From: Dehalococcoidia bacterium
GTDB taxonomy: Bacteria > Chloroflexota > Dehalococcoidia > DSTF01 > WHTK01
NCBI GenBank assembly: GCA_009377745.1
Contig: WHTK01000013.1
Location: 1,212-65,211, forward strand
DNA: 64,000 bases
Direction of reading: 5' to 3'
The translations under genes and the position numbers were made by a program. Shown here piece after piece: positions 49,343 to 59,345 of the stretch. The notes beneath the pieces were generated by a model. The model worked only from the letters and a program-made list of their open reading frames with translations. It did no database searches and was not told the origin of the DNA. Within the stretch, counting starts at the first letter, position 1, and every line of letters starts with the position of its first letter.

Positions 49343-49436
49343 ATTTACTTTGCCCGTATGCCAGTTTGCCCAACTGCAGCTCCGGACGCTGAGTCAGGGC
49401 CGAAGCAAACTAAAGTCACGAATAGGAGAACTCCCC

Positions 49437-50540
49437 ATGGCAGACAAAATCCGCGTCGGTATCGTCGGCGCCAACGCCGAGACCGGTAGCTGGGGCACCC
49501 GCGCCCACATCCCTGCCCTCAAAGCCCTACCCGACTACGAGCTCAAGGCGATCTGCACCGCGCACGAAGACACCGCCAAGCGCGCCGCCGAGGCCTTCGG
49601 CGCCGAGCTCGCTTTCCACGACTATGAGGAGATGTTCGCTAACCCGGACATCGATCTCGTCGCCGTGGCCGTCCGCGTCCCGACCCATTACGCGATCACG
49701 ATGGCGGCCCTCAAGGCCGGTAAGGACGTCTATTGCGAGTGGCCCCTCGGCGCCAACCTCGCCGAGGCCCAGGAGATGACCGATCTCGCCCGCGACAAGG
49801 GCGTGCGCAGCATGATCGGTCTTCAGGCCCGCAGCGATGCCGCCGTCTGCTACACCCGCAGCCTCGTCCAGGATGGCTACGTCGGCGACGTGATCACCGC
49901 TCACATGACCATGCTCACGCCCGGCGCCCACGAGCGCACAGCCGCTCGCGTCTGGCAGGTCGATTCCGTCGCCGGCGCCAACACCTTCACGATCGCCGGT
50001 GGTCACAATATCGATGCCCTCTGCTTTATCCTCGGCGAGTTTACGGAAGTCTCCGGTAAGGTCATCACCCGCATTCCCCAGGTCCGCGTCACCGACAAGG
50101 GCGAGATGCGCCAGGCCACCTCGCCTGACAACGTCGCCATAATCGGCATCCTCGAGAGCGGCGCCCTCGCCTCAGTCCACGTCGCCGGCGTGCCCTTCCA
50201 CGGCAGCGGTGGCTGGAAGCTCGATATCTACGGCACCGAGGGCACCTTGACCATCGCCGGCGGCCAGGCTAACTACAGCCCCACGCCGCTCAAGGTCACG
50301 GGCGCCAAGGGCAAGGAGCCGATGGCCGAGCTGCCGGTCCCGGACGAGTTCTTCCTCGTCCCCGAAGGCACCCCCGATGGCGCCCCCTTCAACGTCGCCC
50401 AGGCCTACGTCCGCTACGCCGATGGCGTCCACTCCGGCCAGCCCGTAGACCCCGACTTCGACCTCGCCCTGCGCCGCCACCGCATGATGGCCGCCATGGA
50501 GCAGGCCTCCACCGAAGGCCGCACCATCAAGGTCCAGTAA
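49437..50540 (+). CDS. Gfo/Idh/MocA family oxidoreductase
   Basis: AGGAG SD; IRVGIVGA, AHIPAL, GKDVYCEWPLG, GGHNID. Confidence 0.9.
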   Translation: MADKIRVGIVGANAETGSWGTRAHIPALKALPDYELKAICTAHEDTAKRAAEAFGAELAFHDYEEMFANPDIDLVAVAVRVPTHYAITMAALKAGKDVYCEWPLGANLAEAQEMTDLARDKGVRSMIGLQARSDAAVCYTRSLVQDGYVGDVITAHMTMLTPGAHERTAARVWQVDSVAGANTFTIAGGHNIDALCFILGEFTEVSGKVITRIPQVRVTDKGEMRQATSPDNVAIIGILESGALASVHVAGVPFHGSGGWKLDIYGTEGTLTIAGGQANYSPTPLKVTGAKGKEPMAELPVPDEFFLVPEGTPDGAPFNVAQAYVRYADGVHSGQPVDPDFDLALRRHRMMAAMEQASTEGRTIKVQ

Positions 50541-50699
50541 CTCAAGAGCAGCAACAAGCTCGATCTCTACTCATGCCCCAGCCTTCCAGGCTGGGGTGTT
50601 GATACCCGCCCGAGCTTCTGATGCTTAATGTGCCTCCGGCATACGCCGCCGCGAAAAGCCTATAATCGACCCCGATACACCAACAGGAGAAGGACGACG

Positions 50700-51791
50700 A
50701 TGACGACCGAAGTCAACACCGCAACCTCCGAAGAGTTCCACCAGCGCATGCACGCCAGCCACATGTACGGCCTCTGGGAGCTGGCCAGCCAGATGACGCA
50801 GCACCCCCTGCCCAAGATGCTGCCCTACATGTGGCCCTGGTCTCTCGTCGAGCCCATCGTGCGTGAGTCCTGCGACGTCGTCCCCGTCGGTAACGAGCGC
50901 CGCGCCCTGCAGCTCTTCAACCCCGGCCTCGGCGGGCGCTGGGCCAGCACCAACACCCTCATCGCCGCCGTCCAGGTCATCCTGCCGGGCGAGGTCGCCC
51001 CCGCCCATCGCCACACGCCGACGGCCATCCGCTTCATCATGGAAGGCTCCGGAGCCTACACCGCCGTCGATGGCGAGCGCATCTACATGGAGCCGGGCGA
51101 CTTCATCCTCACGCCCAGCTGGGCCTGGCACGACCACGGCAACGACGCGACCGGTCGCGTCATCTGGCTGGACGGCCTCGATATCCCCCTCGTCCAGGCA
51201 CTGGAGGCCATGTTCTTCCAGCCTTACTCGGAACGTCAGGTGCCGCTGACCAAGCCCGCCGCCCAGTCCGCCCGTCTCTTCGGCCACGCCAGTCTCGCGC
51301 CGGCTTGGGTCAAGGAGAAGCCGGCTGCCTCGCCGCTCCTCATCTACCCCTGGACCAAGACCTATGACGCCCTCATGTCCCTGCGCGACAGCGAAGCCAG
51401 CCCCTACGAGGGCATCGTCCTCGAATACACCCACCCGCAGACCGGCGGCCACGTCATGCCTACTATGGCCTGCTACACCCAGCTCATCCGCCCCGGTGAG
51501 CAGCTCCTGGCCCATCGCCACACCGGCAGCTCCGTCTTCTACGTCGCCCAGGGCCAGGGCCGCACGATCATCAACGGCATCGAGTTCGTCTGGCAGCGGG
51601 GCGATGTCGTAGCTCTTCCGTCATGGGTCCTCTACGAGCACGCCAACACCTCCGCCACTGAGGACGCCATCCTCTTCTCGATCAGCGACCAGCCCGTCCT
51701 CGAAGCCATGAGCCTCTACCGGGAAGAGGCCTCGGAGGAGGACGGTGGCCACCAGCTCGTGACCTCCGCCTTCGAGCCGGTTATCGTATAA
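50700..51791 (+). CDS. Gentisate 1,2-dioxygenase-like bicupin
   Basis: ERRALQLFNPG, APAHRHTPTAIRF, WAWHDH, WLDGLDIP, AHRHTGSSVF. Confidence 0.88.
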   Translation: MTTEVNTATSEEFHQRMHASHMYGLWELASQMTQHPLPKMLPYMWPWSLVEPIVRESCDVVPVGNERRALQLFNPGLGGRWASTNTLIAAVQVILPGEVAPAHRHTPTAIRFIMEGSGAYTAVDGERIYMEPGDFILTPSWAWHDHGNDATGRVIWLDGLDIPLVQALEAMFFQPYSERQVPLTKPAAQSARLFGHASLAPAWVKEKPAASPLLIYPWTKTYDALMSLRDSEASPYEGIVLEYTHPQTGGHVMPTMACYTQLIRPGEQLLAHRHTGSSVFYVAQGQGRTIINGIEFVWQRGDVVALPSWVLYEHANTSATEDAILFSISDQPVLEAMSLYREEASEEDGGHQLVTSAFEPVIV

Positions 51792-51797
51792 GGAGGT

Positions 51798-52244
51798 ATG
51801 GCGGAAGCAGAAGAGCGTTACCGGCGCGACGTATCTCGCACCTACAGGGGCGAAGGCATTGTCGTGCTCTGGGAGCCGAAGCTCTGCATCCATATCACCA
51901 ACTGCATCCGCCATCTACCCCAGGTCTTCAATGCTGGTGTCCGTCCCTGGATAGACGCTTCCGCCGCTTCCGCCGAAGAGATCGCCGCCGCCGTGGAGTC
52001 CTGCCCGACCGGCGCCCTCAGCTATGAGCGCACTGATGGCGCTCCGGGCGAGCAGGCCGGCGAGACCACGACCGTGGAGCCGCGGACCAACGGTCCGCTC
52101 TTCCTTCGCGGCCGCATCGAAGTTCGTGATCCCTCCGGCCGCGTCCTCCGCACCGCCACCCGCGTTGCGCTCTGCCGCTGCGGTTACTCCGGCAACAAAC
52201 CCTACTGTGACCTCAGCCACCGCGCTATCGATTTCAAAGCCTAG
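51798..52244 (+). CDS. Divergent 4Fe-4S (Fer4_19) + CDGSH iron-sulfur domain protein
   Basis: AAGGAGG SD; CIHITNC, CPTGALSY, LCRCGYSGNKPYCDLSH. Confidence 0.88.
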   Translation: MAEAEERYRRDVSRTYRGEGIVVLWEPKLCIHITNCIRHLPQVFNAGVRPWIDASAASAEEIAAAVESCPTGALSYERTDGAPGEQAGETTTVEPRTNGPLFLRGRIEVRDPSGRVLRTATRVALCRCGYSGNKPYCDLSHRAIDFKA

Positions 52245-52258
52245 CGCATCGCCAACCC

Positions 52259-53359
52259 ATGCCTGACGTCCTCACCACTCGGCAGCTAAACCGCGCCCTG
52301 CTCCAGCGCCAGCTCCTGCTCGAACGCGTTGAGATGCCACCGCTCGCCGTCGCCGAGCACCTCGTCGGCATGCAGGCTCAGGAGCCCGGCGATCCGTACG
52401 TCGGCCTCTGGACCCGCGTTGCCAGCTTTGATCCGGAAGATCTCTCTCGCGCAATCGAGCAGCGGCAGGCGGTGCGAATGCCGCTCATGCGCAGCACGCT
52501 CCACCTTGTTACCGCGGATGACGCATTGCGATTGCGTCCCGTCATCCAACCAGTGCTTGAGCGTGTCCTCTACACCGGCAGCCCCTTCGGCCGCCAGGTG
52601 GCTGGCGCAGACGTCGAGGCGTTGCTGATGTCCTCGCGTGAGTACACCGACATGAAGCCACGCACGCTAAGCGACCTGCGAAAGCACATCGCGGAGCAAT
52701 GGCCAGCCTTCGACGCAACGTCGCTTGCACAAGCCGTTCATTACCTGATGCCGCAAGTACAGATCCCGCCGCGCGGCATGTGGCGCCGCAGCGGCCAGGC
52801 AACCTGGGCCCATCTCGAGACCTGGCTAGGCCGGCCGATGGTGCACGACGCCACGCCGGACAAGACGGTGCTGCGGTACCTCGCTGCTTTTGGCCCTGCC
52901 GCCCCGAATGACGTCCAAGCGTGGAGCGGGCTTACGCGCGTTCGCGAGGTGACAGAACGCCTGCGACCACGCTTGCGCGTCTTCCGTGACGAGAATCGGC
53001 GTGAGCTCTTCGACCTGCCGGACGCACCGCTTCCAGACCCGGACACGCAGGCGCCGGCGCGGTTCTTGCCTCAGTATGACAACGTCTTCCTCGCTCACGC
53101 CGACCGCGCCCGCATCGTCTCGGAGGAGGACCGGAAGGCGGCGGCGGTAGGCGTCGGGCCATCGCTGTTCCTCGTCGATGGCTTTGTCGCCGGTACCTGG
53201 CGCATCCGGACGGAAGCGGATAAGGCCACGCTGCTGATGCAGCCATTCCGGCCCCTTGCTCCGGACGACGAAGTTCAGCTGCTGGGGGAGGCGGACCGCT
53301 TGGTCACGTTCGTCTCCACTTCGGCCAGTTATGACCTGCGGGTGCTCCCGCCTCCCTAG
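52259..53359 (+). CDS. HTH_42 winged-helix protein, AlkZ-like DNA glycosylase family
   Basis: LNRALLQRQLLL, GMQAQ (QxQ motif), MRSTLHLV, FLPQYDN. Confidence 0.85.
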   Translation: MPDVLTTRQLNRALLQRQLLLERVEMPPLAVAEHLVGMQAQEPGDPYVGLWTRVASFDPEDLSRAIEQRQAVRMPLMRSTLHLVTADDALRLRPVIQPVLERVLYTGSPFGRQVAGADVEALLMSSREYTDMKPRTLSDLRKHIAEQWPAFDATSLAQAVHYLMPQVQIPPRGMWRRSGQATWAHLETWLGRPMVHDATPDKTVLRYLAAFGPAAPNDVQAWSGLTRVREVTERLRPRLRVFRDENRRELFDLPDAPLPDPDTQAPARFLPQYDNVFLAHADRARIVSEEDRKAAAVGVGPSLFLVDGFVAGTWRIRTEADKATLLMQPFRPLAPDDEVQLLGEADRLVTFVSTSASYDLRVLPPP

Positions 53360-53378
53360 AAGAGCTCCTCGTCTGTAC

Positions 53379-53414
53379 AAAAAGAAGAGGCCCGGTCATC
53401 GCGACCGGGCCTCT
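53379..53414 (-). terminator. Intrinsic terminator between convergent genes
   Basis: AGAGGCCCGGTC / GACCGGGCCTCT with an A-run on the plus strand. Confidence 0.7.
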
Positions 53415-53432
53415 CATCTACTATGGAGTACG

Positions 53433-54416
53433 TTAGTTGGGCTTGAAGCGGCTGAAGGCCTTCTTCGCCGTGTCTTCGAAGATGTTCTTCTTGTCCTGCT
53501 CCGTCAGCCAGTCGATGCTCTCGATCAGCGGCTTCGTGTCGTCGAGCATCTTGCCGCTCTTCGGCCAGCGGTAAGAGCCCGTGCCCGGGTTCTCCGTGCC
53601 GAACATGCAGCGCTCCGTGCCGACCAGCTTGAACAGCAATTCCAGCGACTCGACGTTGTAGAGGCCGGTGTCGAAGTAGAACTTGCTCAGCTCTTCGTCG
53701 AAGTCGAGGCCCATCATGCGGCCGAAGTTAGAGCGCCAGCGCCCGATCTGGTAGGGGATCGACCCGCCGCCGTGCGCGACGATGATCTTCAGGTTCGGGA
53801 ACGTCTGGAAGACACGCTTCTCCACCATTTGGAGGATGCAGGAGGTCTCCGTGGTGATGAAGTAGTTCTGGTAGTAATCCCACGGGTTCTTGGTCGTCGC
53901 CGAGTGGATCAACGCCGGGACGTCCAGCTGCACCATCTTCTCGTAGAGCGGGTACCAGACCTCGTCACCCATGCCGGGGAACACACCCTCGCCCTCGAAG
54001 GGGTCCGGGTTGATGAGCAAGCCGATCATCCCCAACTCGTTGACGCAGCGCTCAAGCTCCGGGATCCAGGCGCTCACCGGCTCCGTGGGGACCTGCGGCA
54101 GGCAAGCCACGGCACGGTAGCGGTCGGGCGCGATCTTCACCGTCATCGCGTTGACGTCGTTGGACGCCTGCGAGTAGTAGTGGACGATCTTCGCCGGAGT
54201 CTCCGAGTGCATCAGCTGGAAAGGCCGCGGCGAGATGAACTGAATGTCGGTGCCGACACCGTCCATGATCGTCTTGACGTGGTTCTCCACCGCCGGGCGC
54301 AGCTGATCCTCATTCTGGTGGAAATTGCCCTGAGCCAGCGCCCTTGACGAGAGCAGGCCGGCCTTGTAGTTGCCCAGGTTACCGCCGTTGGTGTGGGCGT
54401 GGGCATCGATGATCAT
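53433..54416 (-). CDS. Amidohydrolase_2 family protein, LigJ (4-oxalomesaconate hydratase)-like
   Basis: MIIDAHAH, ISPRP, INPDP, WYPLYEKMVQLDVPALIH, HGGGSIPYQIGRW, FGTENPG. Confidence 0.82.
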   Translation of the reverse strand: MIIDAHAHTNGGNLGNYKAGLLSSRALAQGNFHQNEDQLRPAVENHVKTIMDGVGTDIQFISPRPFQLMHSETPAKIVHYYSQASNDVNAMTVKIAPDRYRAVACLPQVPTEPVSAWIPELERCVNELGMIGLLINPDPFEGEGVFPGMGDEVWYPLYEKMVQLDVPALIHSATTKNPWDYYQNYFITTETSCILQMVEKRVFQTFPNLKIIVAHGGGSIPYQIGRWRSNFGRMMGLDFDEELSKFYFDTGLYNVESLELLFKLVGTERCMFGTENPGTGSYRWPKSGKMLDDTKPLIESIDWLTEQDKKNIFEDTAKKAFSRFKPN

Positions 54417-54619
54417 TCGTCTCTCCTTCTATCGTCCTCTAACGCCTGTCGAGTGCCATACGAGTCCTCCGCTCACACAGCCGGGCAGGCCTTTAACCGC
54501 TGCCAGAGTATAGCCTTCGTCGGGCAAATTGGCAGCCCTTTTCGCCTTTAGCCGGATGATTCTCAGCAGCTTGACAGCGCGTAAGCCTCGTCTTACTCTC
54601 ACGAGCCGAAGGAGGCGCC

Positions 54620-54985
54620 GTGGCTTACGATGAAATCCTTGCTACCCGCATCCGTGATGCCATCGGCAGCCGGCCGGACATTACCGAGCGCAAGATGTTT
54701 GGTGGCCTCGCCTTCATGGCCGGCGGCAACATGTTCTGCGGCATCACCCGAGACGACCTCATGGTCCGGGTCGGGCCGCGGGACCAAGAAGCCGCCCTCG
54801 CCCGCCCCGGCGCCAAACCCATGGACTTCAACGGCCGCCCCATGACCGGCATGATCTTCGTCGAGCCCTCGGGCGTTACCAGTGACACAGACCTTCAAAG
54901 CTGGATCGATCTCGGCTACGGCTTCGTCATGACCCTGCCACCGAAGGCACAGGCCAAGCCCAAGCGCCGCAACACGACCTCGTAG
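54620..54985 (+). CDS. TfoX/Sxy N-terminal domain protein
   Basis: AAGGAGG SD; ERKMFGGLAFMAGGNMFCG, PMDFNGRPMTG. Confidence 0.88.
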   Translation: MAYDEILATRIRDAIGSRPDITERKMFGGLAFMAGGNMFCGITRDDLMVRVGPRDQEAALARPGAKPMDFNGRPMTGMIFVEPSGVTSDTDLQSWIDLGYGFVMTLPPKAQAKPKRRNTTS

Positions 54986-55180
54986 TAGCAGCAGACTAAG
55001 GCTCATGCCCCCGCGAGGCCTTTCTCGTCCCAGGAGAGGTCTGCGTGGGGTACCACCAGCCCTCGCCGTCTGCCACAAAACGCTGTTTCGTTTTTGTCAT
55101 CTTTCTGCCCGCCGTCTGATCATCAGGCGACTGTCAGCGTGCCAACCTGACATTGCAATTCATCTCAAGGAGGGAATGCA

Positions 55181-55492
55181 ATGCAAGGTACCGGAATCGG
55201 CACCAGCCTGATGCTGATCGCAATCGGGGCAATCCTCGCCTTCGCGGTCAACTTCCAGGCCTCGGGACTCGACATAAACGCGGTCGGCGGCATCCTAATG
55301 GTCGTTGGCGTCATCGGCTTGCTGCTCTCGTTCGTCGCTCTCGGCGACTTCGCGGGCTTTGGCCGTCGCGATGTCGTAACGCACGACGCGCCGCCTACCA
55401 CGACGACTACTCACAGCCACGAGGACACGACACCTACCCACTCCGGCGGCGTCGAGACAGTCTCGCGCGAGGAGCGGGTTATCCGTCGCTAG
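55181..55492 (+). CDS. Small membrane protein (DUF6458-like)
   Basis: GIGTSLMLIAIGAILAFAV...GLDINAVGGILMVVG; two TM segments; AAGGAGG SD. Confidence 0.8.
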   Translation: MQGTGIGTSLMLIAIGAILAFAVNFQASGLDINAVGGILMVVGVIGLLLSFVALGDFAGFGRRDVVTHDAPPTTTTTHSHEDTTPTHSGGVETVSREERVIRR

Positions 55493-55646
55493 GGGGAAAC
55501 CTCAGGCGCTGGAGGTGGCCGCCAAAGGCCGTATTTGCCTGATGGCATGATCCACGCTATTGACATTTCGCGTACTATATAAGGATAAGGGCGAAACGTC
55601 TATTGGCGCGTCCAGTTTGGGTAGATAGAGCCTTCTAGGAGGGGAT

Positions 55647-56996
55647 ATGCTAACGCAAGAGCAGAATGAGACTCTGTGTAGAGTCGGCCCCGGTACTCCA
55701 ATGGGCGACATGATGCGCCGCTTCTGGATACCAGCCGGTCTCTCTTGGGAAGTCCCGGAGCCGGACAGCCCACCGATCACGATCAAGCTACTCGGCGAAG
55801 AGCTCGTGGCCTTCCGCCAGACCGACGGGCGCGTCGGCGTGGTCGGCGCCCGCTGCGCTCACCGCCGCGCCCACCTCTTCTGGGGCCGCAACGAGGAGAA
55901 CGGCCTGCGCTGCGTCTACCACGGCTGGAAGTTCGACTGTGAAGGCGCCTGCGTCGACATGCCCTCGGAGCCTGAGGAATCGAACTTCAAAGACAAAGTG
56001 CGCATCCCGGCCTACCCGACGGTCGAGGCCGGCGGCGTGATCTGGGCCTACATGGGCCCGCCGGAGAAGAAGCCCGCGCCGCCCCTCTTCGAGTGGACCC
56101 AGGTCCCGGCCACCCACCGTGGCATCTCCAAGGTCTGGCAGCAGAGCAACTGGCTCCAGGCCCTCGAAGGTGGTATCGATAGCTCTCACACCAACTTCCT
56201 TCACGGCGGCCTGCCTCCAGGCCAGAAGCATGACGACAGCGACGTGATGGGCCGCGCCCGCAACCTCTCACTGGCCCCGGTCATTGAAGTTGTGCCGACG
56301 GACTACGGCTACATCTACGCCGGCATCCGCAGCACCGGTGAGGCCAACTACGTCCGTGGCTACCACTGGGTTATGCCCTGGTACCAGCTCCGCCCCGGCG
56401 GACGCGCTGGTTCCAGCGGCCACATGTGGGTACCCATGGATGACGAAAACACCATGGTCTACAACATGCACTACACCTTCGGCTACGCACCGGCGCCGGA
56501 GCGCAGCCTGAAGATGCAGGAGGCTGGCAACGTCCCGATCTGGAAGCGTGACGCCCTTGAGCCCGTCGGCGGCGGCAACGAGTTCAAGGAAGATGTGGAC
56601 TACGAGAACAACTTCCGCTCCAAGCGGAACATGGACAACAAATACCTCATCGACCGCGAGCTCCAGAGGAACGAAACCTTCACCGGAATCACCGGTATCA
56701 ACGTCCAGGACCGCGCTGTCCAGGAGAGCATGGGCGCTGTCGCCGACCGCACCCTCGAGCGCCTGGGCACCACCGACCGCGCCATCATCAACGCGAGGCG
56801 CACCCTCCTGAAGGCCGTCAAGACCGTCCAGGACGGTGGCGAACCGCCCGGCGTCGCGCCAACTTATTACACCCTCCGCTCCGTCGAGACCGTCCTGCCT
56901 CAGGACGTCCCGTGGTTCGAGGGCATGAAGGGCTGGCTCTTCGGCCTCGAAGAGCCCAAGACCGTCATGGAAGTGGCCAGCGGCGGCGGCATGTAG
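55647..56996 (+). CDS. Rieske non-heme iron oxygenase alpha subunit (phthalate 4,5-dioxygenase/LigX-like)
   Basis: CAHRRA...CVYHGW; EGGIDSSHTNFLH; QDRAVQESMG. Confidence 0.9.
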   Translation: MLTQEQNETLCRVGPGTPMGDMMRRFWIPAGLSWEVPEPDSPPITIKLLGEELVAFRQTDGRVGVVGARCAHRRAHLFWGRNEENGLRCVYHGWKFDCEGACVDMPSEPEESNFKDKVRIPAYPTVEAGGVIWAYMGPPEKKPAPPLFEWTQVPATHRGISKVWQQSNWLQALEGGIDSSHTNFLHGGLPPGQKHDDSDVMGRARNLSLAPVIEVVPTDYGYIYAGIRSTGEANYVRGYHWVMPWYQLRPGGRAGSSGHMWVPMDDENTMVYNMHYTFGYAPAPERSLKMQEAGNVPIWKRDALEPVGGGNEFKEDVDYENNFRSKRNMDNKYLIDRELQRNETFTGITGINVQDRAVQESMGAVADRTLERLGTTDRAIINARRTLLKAVKTVQDGGEPPGVAPTYYTLRSVETVLPQDVPWFEGMKGWLFGLEEPKTVMEVASGGGM

Positions 56997-57017
56997 TTAG
57001 CGGCTCATCAAGAGCAC

Positions 57018-57110
57018 GAAAGGGCCCCGGAGCAATCCGGGGCCCTTTCTTTGGCCTAACCGTGGTTGCGGAGAAAACGAGAAAGGCCGGACCCACTGGG
57101 TCCGGCCTTT
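57018..57110. terminator. Two back-to-back terminators for convergent genes
   Basis: GAAAGGGCCCCGGA-GCAA-TCCGGGGCCCTTTC and AAAGGCCGGACCC / GGGTCCGGCCTTT. Confidence 0.75.
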
Positions 57111-57127
57111 CAACTTCTGAGAGAGCT

Positions 57128-58972
57128 TTAGCCGTTGCGCTTTGGCATGTTCGCGTCCAGCCACCACTGCTGGCCGAGGGCGTTGGAGTTGCGCAGCCAG
57201 TCCCACTCGAAGCGCCAGGTGGTCCAGCGGCCGGCGCCTGGCAGCTGCGGGAAGTTCTCGGCGCAGTAGCGCTGAAAGTCTTTGAGAATTTCGTTGCGCT
57301 TGACAGGGTCAGGCTCGCGCCGCTGGCTTTCGATGATCCTGTCCATCTCCGGCGTCACAAATGGAGGTTCGCGCAGCGACTTGCTGTAGTAGTCGAGGCC
57401 CAGCAAGTAGTCAACGTCGTTGCCGGAGGAGCTCTGCTGGTTGCCCAGCCCCTTGACGTCTGAGTAATAGACGACGCGGTCGAAGAATTCCTGCCGGATC
57501 ATCCAGTTGACGTTGGCGTTGATCAGGTTGGACTTCCGGTAGTAGTCGACGTAGAGGTTAACGCCGTCAACTACCGACTGCGCCGGAGTCGTGCTGCCGC
57601 CGGCCGAGGCATAGAGGTCGAACTCGATGCCGTTGGGCTGGCCTGCCGCCGAGAGCAACTGCTTCGCCGCGGCCAGGTCGTAGAGGTAGTTCTCGGAAGC
57701 TTTGCCCAGCTCGCCCTTGTATGGGTCCAGGTAGAAAGACTGGTCGTAAGGCACGTGGCTGGCGTTTACAATCTCGATCTCCACGCCCTGGGCGTTGAAG
57801 CCGGTCTTGTTCGCCGTGAACTCGTTGATTGCCGTCCAGTCGACGACCTTGTGCATCGCGATGCGGATGCGAGCGTCCTTCCAGGGCGCCGTTTCCTTCT
57901 CACGCTTGCCGAACTTGAACCGGTTCACGGCCACGGGGCTGATCAGCTGGCCGACCATGATCGCCTGCGGCACGTCCCCCTTGCTCTTGAGGGCGTCCTG
58001 GCCGGTCGGCGTGAAGGTGCGGATGTTCTGGGCTACGAACTGGGCATAGCGGTTGGCGTACTCGGTGATGATCGGCTGGTGCCAGCGGTCGATGAACGGC
58101 TTGCCGCCCCAGTACTCCGGGTGCGCCTTGAACTCGCGCGTGATCGAGGGCTGGTACTTGTCCAGCATGCGGTAGCCGGTACCGATCATCTGGGTGGCAG
58201 ATAGATCCGGCCGGGCGTTTAGCTCCTTCGGGACGATCTTGACGCCGAAGTTGTAGTCTCCCATGCGCACCGGCAGCGGCGCGTAGGGATTCTTCATCTT
58301 CATCACCATATGCGTCGAGTCCGGGAACTCGACCTTGTCCAGGATGTCCTTGACCTGGGGGGCGTTGCTGCTGACCGCCAGGAACCGGTCCATCGACGTG
58401 CGCCAGTCTTCGATGTCCATGACGCGGCCGTTTACCGGCGCCACGTTATGGAATTTCACGTTAGGACGCAGCGTGAAGGTGTACTGCGTGGCGTCCGGCG
58501 TTGCCTCCCAGGAGGATGCCAAGTGGCCAAGGATGGTGGCCGCCTCCGGGGTGCCGGGAGCGACGCCGGCAAGGTAAGGTCCCGTGACGGAGAAGATACC
58601 GGATTCGCTGGGGGCCCGGCTGGGGCGCGTAAGGTACTCGTAGGAGATGTCCGTGAAGTTGTCTGCCTCCGGCGTAATCGACAGGTAGACGTCGAACGTC
58701 TCCGTGAAGTCGGAGTCCTCCGCTTGGGTCAAGACCCCTCCGGGCACCGCTTCCTTGGTCTGGTCGGCGAGCTTGTAGCTGTCCCTCTCGTAGAAGACTG
58801 CGCCGGGCTTGCGGACGTCGCCTGCCTGAAGGGTGGCGGCGCCACCACCGGCATCGTCGCCACCGCCACAAGCGAGGAGAAAGGCGCCACCAACCCCGGC
58901 AGCCGACCCCTTTAGAAAACGCCTCCTCGTTACGGAGCGGGCATAGCTGGGCAGCCAGGTAGGTGCGGTCAC
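57128..58972 (-). CDS. ABC transporter substrate-binding protein, family 5 (Tat lipoprotein)
   Basis: TRRRFLK, LLAC, YTFTLRPNVKFH, WKDARIRIAM; close paralog of 11550 (both end MPKRNG). Confidence 0.9.
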   Translation of the reverse strand: MTAPTWLPSYARSVTRRRFLKGSAAGVGGAFLLACGGGDDAGGGAATLQAGDVRKPGAVFYERDSYKLADQTKEAVPGGVLTQAEDSDFTETFDVYLSITPEADNFTDISYEYLTRPSRAPSESGIFSVTGPYLAGVAPGTPEAATILGHLASSWEATPDATQYTFTLRPNVKFHNVAPVNGRVMDIEDWRTSMDRFLAVSSNAPQVKDILDKVEFPDSTHMVMKMKNPYAPLPVRMGDYNFGVKIVPKELNARPDLSATQMIGTGYRMLDKYQPSITREFKAHPEYWGGKPFIDRWHQPIITEYANRYAQFVAQNIRTFTPTGQDALKSKGDVPQAIMVGQLISPVAVNRFKFGKREKETAPWKDARIRIAMHKVVDWTAINEFTANKTGFNAQGVEIEIVNASHVPYDQSFYLDPYKGELGKASENYLYDLAAAKQLLSAAGQPNGIEFDLYASAGGSTTPAQSVVDGVNLYVDYYRKSNLINANVNWMIRQEFFDRVVYYSDVKGLGNQQSSSGNDVDYLLGLDYYSKSLREPPFVTPEMDRIIESQRREPDPVKRNEILKDFQRYCAENFPQLPGAGRWTTWRFEWDWLRNSNALGQQWWLDANMPKRNG

Positions 58973-59041
58973 TTTTCTTCCCCCTTGACCGGAGAAGCTG
59001 CATACGGCAACCCGCCGATGTCCTCTCTCCGATCCGGCCTA

Positions 59042-59070
59042 AGAATGGTTTCGAACAGGTGAAAAGTCAA
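59042..59070 (-). promoter_or_regulatory. Sigma70-type promoter for the SBP gene
   Basis: TTGACT-17 nt-CATTCT. Confidence 0.5.
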
Positions 59071-59345
59071 TAGCATTAGGTTTCCCAAACTATGATTTCG
59101 ATATATGCAGGTCATCGGTTTGCCAAATCCTCGGCTTCGTGCCCGCCTGAGCGATGTCGCTATCATGTGCCCTGGTCGCTGAGACCGGGACCCTTGAGGA
59201 GCCCGGTCTTGCGCTGGTCGGAAAGGTCCCGCGGTTACCTGTGGTAGGCCGGCGCCTGCTGAACCTGATATCGAGCCATGATGTTCCTCTTCTGTCTGCT
59301 AAACGTGCTTGCCAATAAGTTTGCAGTGATGGCGCTCGCTGTGAG

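Noticed and set aside
48549..50540. 663-aa apparent SDR-Gfo/Idh/MocA fusion in the ORF track
   Set aside because: Artefact of a 1-nt frameshift near 48915; the SDR finishes in another frame at 49342 and the Gfo gene has its own SD/ATG at 49437
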